Shown here: positions 25,238 to 32,967 of the stretch, in pieces
Layout of the letters: each line of letters starts with the position of its first letter
Position numbering within the stretch: the stretch's first letter is position 1
Source: a virus
Virus record (IMG/VR): IMGVR_UViG_3300045988_129428
Direction: 5' to 3' (one strand)
Length of the DNA: 38,466 nucleotides
Notes under the pieces: model-generated
Databases searched by the model: none
Told to the model about the DNA's origin: nothing
Seen by the model: only the letters and a program-made list of their open reading frames with translations
Program-made: the position numbers and the translations under genes

Positions 25238-25265
25238 TGTCAAAAAAGGGTCAATTTTGGGTCAA
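25238..25265 (-). promoter_or_regulatory. Three phased TTGAC(C/A) boxes with 11-bp period; candidate late promoter or activator site
   Basis: Minus strand reads TTGACCCAAAA TTGACCCTTTT TTGACAAAAAA, then TGTGTTAAAAT. The first box overlaps the ArpU-like stop codon. Confidence 0.45.
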
Positions 25266-25666
25266 CTTTTTTTTAATTCTTTATAAACGGCATATACTAA
25301 GTCCCTTTTTCTTCTTTTGTATGTTTCTTCACTAACCCCTAAACCGTCTATTACTTCCCATTTTGTTTTGCTTTGTATATATAAGTTTTCAAATATGTAT
25401 TTACTATCTTTATTAAGCAGCTCCACTGCTTGTACTACTGCTTTGTATTCTTTTATTGCCTTCTGTAAATGTTCATTTTCTTGCAATTCTACCACTGCCT
25501 TTAATGTTCTGTCTGATACTGAATAAGGTGCTTTAGGCATTCCGTCTAATACTGGAGATCCTATGCTCATTATATCTGCTCTTATATTTATGATCTTTAT
25601 GCAATTATAGTTATATCTCTTTAAACATAAACTTGCTTCTTTGTATTCTTCATTGCTTAGTCTCAT
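25262..25666 (-). CDS. ArpU/RinA-like late transcriptional activator (sigma region-4-like)
   Basis: The ATG at 25666 follows GAAGGAGG. Pattern Y..C..I......I..IGSPVLDGMPK..........V.EL....L.....Y, with a C-terminal HTH-like VSEETYKRRKRDLVYAV. Last gene of the early operon, upstream of packaging. Confidence 0.6.
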   Translation of the reverse strand: MRLSNEEYKEASLCLKRYNYNCIKIINIRADIMSIGSPVLDGMPKAPYSVSDRTLKAVVELQENEHLQKAIKEYKAVVQAVELLNKDSKYIFENLYIQSKTKWEVIDGLGVSEETYKRRKRDLVYAVYKELKKS

Positions 25667-25853
25667 TTGTATCCTCCTTCTGTTTGTTTTTAATTTGTTC
25701 TCTAATAAGTTCATCGTTAAACTTATCCAATATGTTGTATGCTTTATTTAGTTTTTTCTGATTTTCTCTTCTCTTTTCGTTATTAAAAAAGTCTACTGTT
25801 TCTATCTCATACATAGCTTTTTTAATTATCTCTTGCACGTGCTTAATTGTCAT
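25650..25853 (-). CDS. Hypothetical small protein
   Basis: The ATG at 25853 follows GGAGGT. Co-directional early-operon ORF. Confidence 0.5.
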   Translation of the reverse strand: MTIKHVQEIIKKAMYEIETVDFFNNEKRRENQKKLNKAYNILDKFNDELIREQIKNKQKEDTNETKQ

Positions 25854-25866
25854 ATGTACCTCCATT

Positions 25867-26268
25867 TTATTTGATTTCTTTTGCTTTATTTTCAAAATAT
25901 TGTTTGATACAGTCTTTGCAATCTAATTCTCCTGAATTTGTGTCACAATTTACTTCTTTGCATATATCTTCGTCAATATCTAAATTCATAATATAATAAG
26001 TCATTTGTTCTATTATTTTATCTTTTTGTTCCATTTCTTGTTTTTGCCATTTCATGTATTCATCTAATGCCTTTTCATTTTCTTTTTGTAGTTTTTTTAT
26101 AAATTCTTGCAATATTATCATTTCTCTATCGTGATATATCTGTTTTGCTATTTTGTCATATAAATTTTCTGTATTTATTGTGTTTTCTATTTCTTGATTA
26201 CTTATTATAGGAATGTTTATTTTTATTTCATTATCTACTTCTTTCTTGTTTATACTATTTTCTTCCAC
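25867..26268 (-). CDS. Hypothetical coiled-coil protein (C-terminal CxxC, IKQYFENKA motif)
   Basis: Best start is the GTG at 26268, 5 nt after AGGAGGG; the track start at 26310 lacks an RBS. Start is uncertain. Confidence 0.5.
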   Translation of the reverse strand: MEENSINKKEVDNEIKINIPIISNQEIENTINTENLYDKIAKQIYHDREMIILQEFIKKLQKENEKALDEYMKWQKQEMEQKDKIIEQMTYYIMNLDIDEDICKEVNCDTNSGELDCKDCIKQYFENKAKEIK

Positions 26269-26479
26269 TTTTTCCCTCCTCATAAAATTTCTCTGCTTGG
26301 TCATAATCAATCATAGTTAATACTGAACACATAGTTTCATAAGACATTTTATTTATTTCTTTCATAGTTTTTCCTTTAATAATGCCTCGTGTCATTACCA
26401 AAGAATTTCTTATAACCATAAATAATGCTAATTTATATTTATTTTTCATTTTATTTAATATTTCTTCTCTTTCTTCCAC
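26255..26479 (-). CDS. Hypothetical small protein
   Basis: GTG start 8 nt after AGGAGG. Confidence 0.5.
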   Translation of the reverse strand: MEEREEILNKMKNKYKLALFMVIRNSLVMTRGIIKGKTMKEINKMSYETMCSVLTMIDYDQAEKFYEEGKSGRK

Positions 26480-26491
26480 TTAAAATACCTC

Positions 26492-26668
26492 CTAAAATAT
26501 AATAAAATTATGAATACTATCTGTATATTCTTTATATTCTCGCCCCTCATTTATAGATATTTTGAAATCATATTCGCCATTTTCTATTACTGGTTCAATT
26601 TTTGTTACTATTCCACTATGTTTGCCATCTTTTGTTGTTAATCTATCTCCAATATTAAATCCTCTCAT
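26492..26668 (-). CDS. Hypothetical small protein
   Basis: The ATG at 26668 overlaps the upstream stop (ATGA). 58 aa. Confidence 0.5.
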   Translation of the reverse strand: MRGFNIGDRLTTKDGKHSGIVTKIEPVIENGEYDFKISINEGREYKEYTDSIHNFIIF

Positions 26669-26874
26669 TTTATCCACCCCAATTCCTCTACTTTTTTATT
26701 TATTGCTTGTAGTTCTTGCATTGATATTGCTGGTGTATTACTTCCATCATATTTTATTGCTATTGCTTTTTTATTAAGTATAAATAAAATACACATTGTG
26801 TTACTTTGCTCATCATATTGATAATAGCCTTCATATTTATCGGTTGTATGCTTTTTGTATCCGTAACTCTTCAA
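26665..26874 (-). CDS. Hypothetical small protein (paralog-like to 27513..27734)
   Basis: TTG start without an obvious RBS. Same length class and same N-terminal MK..GY pattern as 27513..27734. Confidence 0.4.
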   Translation of the reverse strand: MKSYGYKKHTTDKYEGYYQYDEQSNTMCILFILNKKAIAIKYDGSNTPAISMQELQAINKKVEELGWIK

Positions 26875-26882
26875 ACATTTTA

Positions 26883-27134
26883 TCAGCTGTTTTCATTATT
26901 TATCACTCCTCTCAATTTTTCTCTTTCAATCTGTTGTTTTTCTTCCTTAGTGTCTTGTAATTTTAATAAAAAGTATGTATATATATAATCTAAATTTGTA
27001 CTTCTGCTTGTATCTATTCCTAGTACTTTTAAGGCACTCATTAATTCTCTCGTTTTTAATATACAATTTTTTATAACATCATTTTCGCACTTACATTCTT
27101 TTCCAAATTCTATTTGTATTGTTTTTATGTCCAT
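26883..27134 (-). CDS. Hypothetical small protein
   Basis: RBS GAGGAG upstream of the ATG. Confidence 0.55.
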   Translation of the reverse strand: MDIKTIQIEFGKECKCENDVIKNCILKTRELMSALKVLGIDTSRSTNLDYIYTYFLLKLQDTKEEKQQIEREKLRGVINNENS

Positions 27135-27141
27135 CTCTTAT

Positions 27142-27258
27142 TTACTCCTCCTCATCTTCTTTAATACAATATATAAAATATACTATGCCTTGCCTTACAT
27201 AAATAAACTCTTGTTTATCACTAGTTCGTATAAGTCTTCCGTTACTATTTTTACTCAT
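27142..27258 (-). CDS. Possible 38-aa protein
   Basis: Hand-found ORF MSKNSNGRLIRTSDKQEFIYVRQGIVYFIYCIKEDEEE. It fills the gap between flanking genes and overlaps the upstream gene by 8 nt. Confidence 0.3.
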   Translation of the reverse strand: MSKNSNGRLIRTSDKQEFIYVRQGIVYFIYCIKEDEEE

Positions 27259-27508
27259 ATTTTATTTGCTCCTCTCTCTTTAATTCATTTTCGTATGCTT
27301 TCTTTAAATCTACTTGTCCTATAAATTCACAATCTTCTTCTGTGGCCGTGTATTCAGAATATATTGCAACACTCTTTCCGTATTCTCCCGTCTCAAATGT
27401 TTCTAATACATATCCAAATTCATCTTCTTCGCCTAATGCAAACCTTATTATTACTTCTTTATCTTTGTCAAACTTATTTAATTTTTCTATCAATTCTTTA
27501 ACTTTCAT
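27251..27508 (-). CDS. Hypothetical acidic small protein
   Basis: RBS AAAGGAG upstream of the ATG. Confidence 0.55.
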   Translation of the reverse strand: MKVKELIEKLNKFDKDKEVIIRFALGEEDEFGYVLETFETGEYGKSVAIYSEYTATEEDCEFIGQVDLKKAYENELKREEQIKYE

Positions 27509-27512
27509 AACT

Positions 27513-27734
27513 TTACTCCTTTACCACTAATCCTGCTTGGATTAAATCTTGTGTATATTCTTTTATTTTTTCTTCTTCTCCGCTATACCCTATATAATCT
27601 CCCCAGTTGCTATTTTTTCTTTTTTTAAATACTAAAATTTTTCTATCAAAAATGTTTATCTGAACTTGATAATCTTTTTCATATTTTCTGTAATAATTAT
27701 CATATTCTAATAATTCGTATCCGATATTTTTCAA
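27513..27734 (-). CDS. Hypothetical small protein
   Basis: TTG start and no in-frame ATG. Co-directional, tightly packed. Confidence 0.4.
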   Translation of the reverse strand: MKNIGYELLEYDNYYRKYEKDYQVQINIFDRKILVFKKRKNSNWGDYIGYSGEEEKIKEYTQDLIQAGLVVKE

Positions 27735-27763
27735 GTTCTTTTAAATCTACATCATCTCTTATT

Positions 27764-28267
27764 TTAAACATATCTATTCTCCTCCTCTGCTTTATTTTCA
27801 AAGTATCGTTTTATTTGATTATCTGTATCATCAAAATATTTACCTTCATAACTCCAATGTGGTTCTCCAGATATTAAATTTAAGAATTGATTACATTTGT
27901 GTTCTTGACCTTGATTGAATAAATCTACATCATGTTTTTCGTCTCGTCTAACTCTTTTACAAAATGCTTTAAATTGTCTACATTCTTTTTCGTATTCATT
28001 TATTATCTTATCTTTCTTTTTTAAATCTTCTATTACATTAAGATAATCATTTTTATATTGATATTCTAATTTTGTATGTAATTTTAATGATTTATCTTTT
28101 TCTTCTATTTCTGCTTTTTGGTTTTCTAATAAATTTAAAACTGTTTCTATTGCGTTATTTACTTTGTCTGCTTCATCAACAATATAATTATTTTGTTCAA
28201 TCATTCCACATAAAAAGAATTTTATATCTATTCTTCTTAATATTTCTATTGCTTCTTTATTGTTCAT
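27764..28267 (-). CDS. Hypothetical coiled-coil protein (C-terminal IKRYFENKA motif)
   Basis: RBS GGAGGAG. Overlaps the upstream gene by 11 nt. Confidence 0.6.
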   Translation of the reverse strand: MNNKEAIEILRRIDIKFFLCGMIEQNNYIVDEADKVNNAIETVLNLLENQKAEIEEKDKSLKLHTKLEYQYKNDYLNVIEDLKKKDKIINEYEKECRQFKAFCKRVRRDEKHDVDLFNQGQEHKCNQFLNLISGEPHWSYEGKYFDDTDNQIKRYFENKAEEENRYV

Positions 28268-28682
28268 TTTCTCCTCCTACTTTATAGCAATTAGCCATAT
28301 AAATTTCTTTTGTTAGTATTGTTTTTATGTCTTTTAATTTAACTTCATCATGTCCATTGTCAAAACTAGCAACATTATTATTTTTGCCTAGCCCTTTATA
28401 TATTACTTTTATTCCGTTTACAATATCTCCAAATTCTATTAAGTCTATTAGCTGTTTACTGTGTTTTACTATATAGTCTAAAATTGTCCATAATCCATTA
28501 TCTAATATATATATTGTTTGATATAATTCTGTGTCTTTATTAAGTCCTAATCTTATTTCAACTACCTTTCCTATATTTCCTTTATTAGTTCTCACATATT
28601 CGTTTACTTCTATCTCATTTCTATCTGCTTTGTTCATCTTCCTTGTAGCCTTTAATTCTTCTTCATCTAAATCAAATGCCAT
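28257..28682 (-). CDS. Hypothetical protein
   Basis: RBS GGGAGG. TAATG overlap with the upstream gene. Confidence 0.6.
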   Translation of the reverse strand: MAFDLDEEELKATRKMNKADRNEIEVNEYVRTNKGNIGKVVEIRLGLNKDTELYQTIYILDNGLWTILDYIVKHSKQLIDLIEFGDIVNGIKVIYKGLGKNNNVASFDNGHDEVKLKDIKTILTKEIYMANCYKVGGENEQ

Positions 28683-29023
28683 TATATTTCCTCCCTTGTA
28701 ATAATTTTCAAATTTAAATCTGGATACTTATACTCAAATAATTTCTGCTTAATCTTAAATGTCTCTGTTTTCATTCCTTTTGTGTCTTCTACAATTGTTT
28801 GTCCATTTTCCTCGTAAACAAAATCTGCTATGTATTCTATTTTTCTATGTGTCTTGCCATTTTTCTTGAATCCTTCTTGTAATAGAAATGGTACTTGCAG
28901 TCTTAAGTTACTTATCTGTTTTGCTCTCTGCAACAGCTTTAATTCTTTATATCTTGTTGCTTCCAAATTACTCTCAAACATTATGTTATCTACTACTATT
29001 TTTCTGTTTCTGTACTTGTTCAT
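28682..29023 (-). CDS. DUF1064-type protein (PD-(D/E)xK-like putative nuclease or resolvase)
   Basis: KYRNRKIVVDNIMFESNLEATRYKELKLL...IEYIADFVY...IVEDTKG..T..FKIKQKL matches the DUF1064 pattern. Confidence 0.7.
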   Translation of the reverse strand: MNKYRNRKIVVDNIMFESNLEATRYKELKLLQRAKQISNLRLQVPFLLQEGFKKNGKTHRKIEYIADFVYEENGQTIVEDTKGMKTETFKIKQKLFEYKYPDLNLKIITREEI

Positions 29024-29696
29024 CTTTTGCCTCCTCTAGTATAAATTCCTTTATGAATCTGTTTGCATATTCTGGTGCTATTAAACTTCGTTCTGTTTTA
29101 TTACTTGTTCTCTCTATGTTTTTCTTTTTATTCCAAGTATAAGCCTCAAAAATTATGTTATACTTTGGCTCACAATTTATGAACCAGAATTGTGTTGGTT
29201 TTTCAAAATAATCCCCTCGCAGAGTTCTATCTTTATCTATAATTTTACTTGGTATAGCCCAATATTTAACCAAATAATGTGTTGTGCTGTATGGATTTTC
29301 TATTATCAATGGTATCTTTTTTCTAATACAAACTATTGCCAACTTTGTTATCATCTCATACATTAACTCTAATTCTTTGTGTAATTTTAAATCATTTTCT
29401 AGTTTTTGCTCATCTGTCCACTTTTTCTGTTGAAATGCTGTTCCTCTAAAGTGCATTTGAACTTGGTCTTCAAATCTTACGCAAGGAAAAAATGCCAATA
29501 TTGTATCTTTTTCTGTTATATTACCAAATATACTTTTTTGTTTGTCGTATGCTTTTTCTATTTCTTTAAATAAATCTATTACTATATCTGTCTCTCCAAA
29601 TTCATCTTGTATATCATAATCAAAAGCTTCATAGCCTAGTTTTTTAAATTCATTTTTGAATGTTCCACTCTGTTCAAAAAAGCAATAAAATTTCAT
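28986..29696 (-). CDS. Short C5-cytosine-methyltransferase-like protein
   Basis: The ATG at 29696 follows AGGAG; the track start at 29732 is TTG. Motif I-like FFEQSGTF..FKKLGYEA, motif IV-like FFPCVRFE, motif VI-like LIIENP. No obvious target-recognition domain. Confidence 0.45.
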   Translation of the reverse strand: MKFYCFFEQSGTFKNEFKKLGYEAFDYDIQDEFGETDIVIDLFKEIEKAYDKQKSIFGNITEKDTILAFFPCVRFEDQVQMHFRGTAFQQKKWTDEQKLENDLKLHKELELMYEMITKLAIVCIRKKIPLIIENPYSTTHYLVKYWAIPSKIIDKDRTLRGDYFEKPTQFWFINCEPKYNIIFEAYTWNKKKNIERTSNKTERSLIAPEYANRFIKEFILEEAKDEQVQKQKNSSR

Positions 29697-29848
29697 TTTT
29701 TCTTTAGCTCCTCTCGTAATTTTTCTTGCCAATTCTCTATTCCTGGTACAAAACCTTTACATCTCATTACTGGCTTATAGTCTGTATCTCCTTGTTTGTT
29801 ACAGCCTAGACAGTAATAACATAGTGTATTCTTTTCTATTTGTTTCAT
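29693..29848 (-). CDS. Possible 51-aa Cys-rich protein
   Basis: Hand-found ORF MKQIEKNTLCYYCLGCNKQGDTDYKPVMRCKGF.... Its stop overlaps the next start (ATGA). Confidence 0.4.
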   Translation of the reverse strand: MKQIEKNTLCYYCLGCNKQGDTDYKPVMRCKGFVPGIENWQEKLREELKKK

Positions 29849-29851
29849 AGG

Positions 29852-30073
29852 CTAGTCCTCTGGCATATTGTACACTTTAGCATCTATCTCATACCAATGT
29901 GCAATATCTCTTAATATTTCTTCTGCTCTTTCTTCTGTATCATACTCTGCTATACAATAGAAATCGCCTCTACCAAAATTAGCATCAACTGAAATTCTAT
30001 TTTCTTCCCTGTTTATCATTTTCACATTATCAAAATTTATAATATCTTCTCTATCTTGACTTACAATTATCAT
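29852..30073 (-). CDS. Hypothetical small acidic protein
   Basis: RBS AGGAGG upstream of the ATG. Confidence 0.55.
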   Translation of the reverse strand: MIIVSQDREDIINFDNVKMINREENRISVDANFGRGDFYCIAEYDTEERAEEILRDIAHWYEIDAKVYNMPED

Positions 30074-30082
30074 AACTACCTC

Positions 30083-30403
30083 CTAATCTATTCTTGGAAT
30101 ATGTTCGTAATTCAATGCCTCAAATCCTGACTGTGTTCTCTCATATACTGCTACTGTCTTACCTGTATAATCGCATTTCTTTTTACCTATTGTTTTTACA
30201 TATCCCATTTTCTCTAATTCTGTTAATCTTGGTGCTGTATAATTCCTCTCTGTTGTATTTGTAAAACCTAAATCAAATAGTTCTACTGCTAATTCCTTTG
30301 CTGTTTTAGGTTTCTCCAATCTATTTAAAATTTGTATATATCTTATTTTTGCTTTATCTTGTATGTCATTAAAACTCATTTGTCTTGTTTCTGCTGTAAT
30401 CAT
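30083..30403 (-). CDS. Winged-helix DNA-binding protein
   Basis: KTAKELAVELF....TERNYTAPRLTELEKMGYVKTIGKK looks like an HTH plus wing. Confidence 0.5.
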   Translation of the reverse strand: MITAETRQMSFNDIQDKAKIRYIQILNRLEKPKTAKELAVELFDLGFTNTTERNYTAPRLTELEKMGYVKTIGKKKCDYTGKTVAVYERTQSGFEALNYEHIPRID

Positions 30404-30410
30404 TTGTTAA

Positions 30411-31217
30411 TCACACTCCTTTATTTGCATATAAGCTATTCAAGTTGTTATATTGTCGTTGGTCATAGTTGTTATAGCTTTTACTTGCATTTTTATTTTC
30501 TTGTTTTGTGCTTTGAAACTGCTTGTCCTCTTTTTCTGCATCTATAACACTTTTAATTCCTTTTTTTGACCAGTTGTTTAGTATGCCTTTTACATACTGT
30601 ATAGTTCTCTTATCAGCTTCTACTGCCTTTCGCATTGCCAAGATTATTAAATCAACTGGCATTTCTTTTAAATAATCTGATAATATTTCTACTCCGTAAG
30701 GTGCTATTAAACCTATGTTGTTATTGTAAAATTCAATAATTTCTTGTAGACCGTCAACACAACTGTCGCCTACTGTTGTTGTTATATTATTATCATTATT
30801 ATCATTCTTTTCATTCTTGTTTGTTGTTATTTGTTTGTTATTTGTTTGTTGATTGTTTGTTATTAAATTGTTAAATTGTTTGTTATTTTGCTTGTTATCT
30901 TCATCTATTTCAAATTGATAATTATTGAATTTTTCAATAGTTATCAAAGTGTTTTTGTTTGTTGTTTTTATTGTTATTTCGTGTGTTGATTTTAGCTTTT
31001 TTAGTGCTGTTCTTGTCTGTTGAATTGTTAAACCTACATCATCTGCAAGATGTTCTATTGATGTTAGCTTTTGTCCTCTTAAAATAGTTTGTCCTTTCCA
31101 TTGTTTTTCTTTATGGTTAGCAGTTAGTAAGAGATGAAGAAATACTACTTTTACATTTATGTCGTTGTACCATTCCCAATCAACTAATTTTCTATGTACT
31201 TTTATCCAACCTTCCAT
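30411..31217 (-). CDS. Replisome organizer (N-terminal winged helix plus C-terminal DnaD/DnaB_2-like domain)
   Basis: N-terminal WIKVHRKLVDWEWY...SIEHLADDVGLTIQQTRTALKKL. C-terminal FYNNNIGLIAPY....L..YL.......IILAMRKAV....RTIQYVKGILNNWSKKGI. Confidence 0.75.
   Translation of the reverse strand: MEGWIKVHRKLVDWEWYNDINVKVVFLHLLLTANHKEKQWKGQTILRGQKLTSIEHLADDVGLTIQQTRTALKKLKSTHEITIKTTNKNTLITIEKFNNYQFEIDEDNKQNNKQFNNLITNNQQTNNKQITTNKNEKNDNNDNNITTTVGDSCVDGLQEIIEFYNNNIGLIAPYGVEILSDYLKEMPVDLIILAMRKAVEADKRTIQYVKGILNNWSKKGIKSVIDAEKEDKQFQSTKQENKNASKSYNNYDQRQYNNLNSLYANKGV
30817..30884. repeat. Five TTGTTTGTT iterons inside the organizer gene; candidate origin
   Basis: Copies start at 30817, 30831, 30842, 30853 and 30876 (spacings 14, 11, 11, 23). 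Flanked by the AT-rich ATCATT repeats at 30791..30816. Confidence 0.5.
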
Positions 31218-31219
31218 AT

Positions 31220-31393
31220 TTATTCCTCGTCTTCATATTTTTGTACTATTACTGAAAAATCTCGGTCTAATGATAATTCTATCAATCTATCTAAATCTGA
31301 TTTTAATAAATTATCAAATCTAACTCCATCTGCTGAATTTTCTATATAATCATAAGCATTATTAGACTCTATAATTAATGCACTATATTTCAT
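31220..31393 (-). CDS. Hypothetical small protein
   Basis: The ATG at 31393 follows AAAGGAGA. Confidence 0.5.
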   Translation of the reverse strand: MKYSALIIESNNAYDYIENSADGVRFDNLLKSDLDRLIELSLDRDFSVIVQKYEDEE

Positions 31394-31415
31394 TATTTTC
31401 TCCTTTCGCAAAATA

Positions 31416-31443
31416 AAGGGCTAGTTTTTGTTGTCTAGCCCTT
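31416..31443 (-). terminator. Strong hairpin terminator inside the early operon
   Basis: AAGGGCTAG-10 nt-CTAGCCCTT, followed on the minus strand by TATTTTG. Confidence 0.6.
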
Positions 31444-31454
31444 GTTGTCTTAAT

Positions 31455-31820
31455 CTATTCTTTTACTATTTTTATTGAATATCCTAATTCTTTTTCTATT
31501 TCAGCTATTGTCATTTCTTTTTTGTTGCAATTTTTTATTATAATTCTATCTCTTAATTCTTTCAAAATTTTTTCGTCTAAATTCTCTATTTGTGTATAAT
31601 TAATGATTTTATAGGTTGATATTCCAACAATTTTTCCGTTTTGTGTACTACATCCCCAACCATATATACAATCATCTACAACAATATTAATACTTGAATG
31701 ATTTTTTCCTATTGTATAAACAATATCTCCTACACATAATTGTCTTCCTAAAGAATCTTTAAATACTGGTTTACCAATTTCTCCTGATTCTTCTCCATTC
31801 ACATATAAAACTTTTTTCAT
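31455..31820 (-). CDS. Hypothetical protein
   Basis: The ATG at 31820 is 6 nt after AGGAGGA; the ATG at 31826 is also possible. Confidence 0.55.
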   Translation of the reverse strand: MKKVLYVNGEESGEIGKPVFKDSLGRQLCVGDIVYTIGKNHSSINIVVDDCIYGWGCSTQNGKIVGISTYKIINYTQIENLDEKILKELRDRIIIKNCNKKEMTIAEIEKELGYSIKIVKE

Positions 31821-31831
31821 TTTCATTCCTC

Positions 31832-32122
31832 CTATAAATAATTTTTACCATATCTTAATCTAAATTCTTCTTCTGTTTTATTGTAATATTCTTGCCAAGT
31901 CTTTTGAGCAACTACTTTCAACCACTCCCATTGTTTAGGATTTAAGTGGATTGAGTCATTACCAGTCCTGTGTTGATACGGCATAATGAATATTACTAAT
32001 CCATCTTCTATTGACTTATCTCTGTTGCCTGTTCTACCTTCAAATATTTCATGTCTTTCACTTCCTGGAAATCGCTCTGTTTCGTAATACGGATTTTGTG
32101 GCATTATGCTAAACTCTTTCAT
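31832..32122 (-). CDS. Possible HNH-like (beta-beta-alpha-metal) nuclease module
   Basis: ERHEIFEGRTGNRDKSIEDGLVIFIMPYQHRTGNDSIHLN resembles the phage H-x-F-G-NR...GL...H...H pattern. Overlaps the upstream gene by 14 nt. Confidence 0.35.
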   Translation of the reverse strand: MKEFSIMPQNPYYETERFPGSERHEIFEGRTGNRDKSIEDGLVIFIMPYQHRTGNDSIHLNPKQWEWLKVVAQKTWQEYYNKTEEEFRLRYGKNYL

Positions 32123-32561
32123 TCTCTATCCACCTCAACTTTGCTATTTCATTTGGTGTTAGTGTTGGTATTCCTTGTTGCTCTGCTTCTTGTATAGTAC
32201 CTTCTAAAAGCACATTAAATTCGTTCTTATCCATTTCTGAGCTTCCCTTGTATACTTTATATACTTTAAACTTTACTCCGTTTATACTGGTTTCTCTATC
32301 AAATTCAAAGTATCTTATATAACCTTTTATATCTATGTCGCTTTTTATAGTTATTAATGCTACTTGTGAATAATCTTTAAGCAATCTAAAATGTGTTTCT
32401 TCTTTAGATAATTTCAGTTTGTTTGCTAACTCATTTACTAACACCCAGTAATAAGCGTTTTGTGTTAATGTTCTCTTTTCTTTATGTTCTTTTATTTCAA
32501 ATATTTTTGTTCTTTCTTGATTGAATAACCATTTAAGTAATGTTTCTGCTGTACCTAACAT
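32109..32561 (-). CDS. NinB-like recombination mediator domain protein
   Basis: RBS AGGAGG. RTLTQNAYYWVLVNELA resembles the NinB RSLDQN..LWA motif. Confidence 0.4.
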   Translation of the reverse strand: MLGTAETLLKWLFNQERTKIFEIKEHKEKRTLTQNAYYWVLVNELANKLKLSKEETHFRLLKDYSQVALITIKSDIDIKGYIRYFEFDRETSINGVKFKVYKVYKGSSEMDKNEFNVLLEGTIQEAEQQGIPTLTPNEIAKLRWIENERV

Positions 32562-32574
32562 AGTTACCTCCTAA

Positions 32575-32967
32575 TTAAAATGGCAAATCGTCTGAGCTAG
32601 ATATTTCAAAATCATTAGTAGTGTCTAATGTTGTATCTGCTTGTCCTTCTTTTTTACTATCTGCAAAATATACTTCTTCTGCAATAACTTCTGTTATATA
32701 ATGCTTTTGTCCTTGGTCATCGTCCCAAGTCCTTGTTTGTATTCTTCCAATAACTCCTACTTGTTGTCCTTTTTTAAAGTATTTGCTGACAAATTCTGCT
32801 GTTTTGCTCCAAGCAACTATATTTATAAAATCTGCTTGTTGTTCTCCTTCTTTTGCAAATCTTCTATTTACAGCTAATGTAAAACTTGTTACTTGTGTAT
32901 TTGTTGTTTGTGTATATCTTGTATCTGGATCTTTAGTAAGACGCCCCATTAATATTGTTTTATTCAT
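32575..32967 (-). CDS. ssb: Single-stranded DNA-binding protein
   Basis: The ATG at 32967 follows AGGAGG. MNKTILMGRLTKDPDTRYT... OB fold and an acidic tail ending DDLPF. Confidence 0.9.
   Translation of the reverse strand: MNKTILMGRLTKDPDTRYTQTTNTQVTSFTLAVNRRFAKEGEQQADFINIVAWSKTAEFVSKYFKKGQQVGVIGRIQTRTWDDDQGQKHYITEVIAEEVYFADSKKEGQADTTLDTTNDFEISSSDDLPF

Noticed and set aside
29697-29732. TTG-initiated N-terminal extension of the methyltransferase-like ORF
   Set aside because: It overlaps the hand-found 51-aa ORF. The ATG at 29696 has an AGGAG RBS and forms an ATGA coupling junction.
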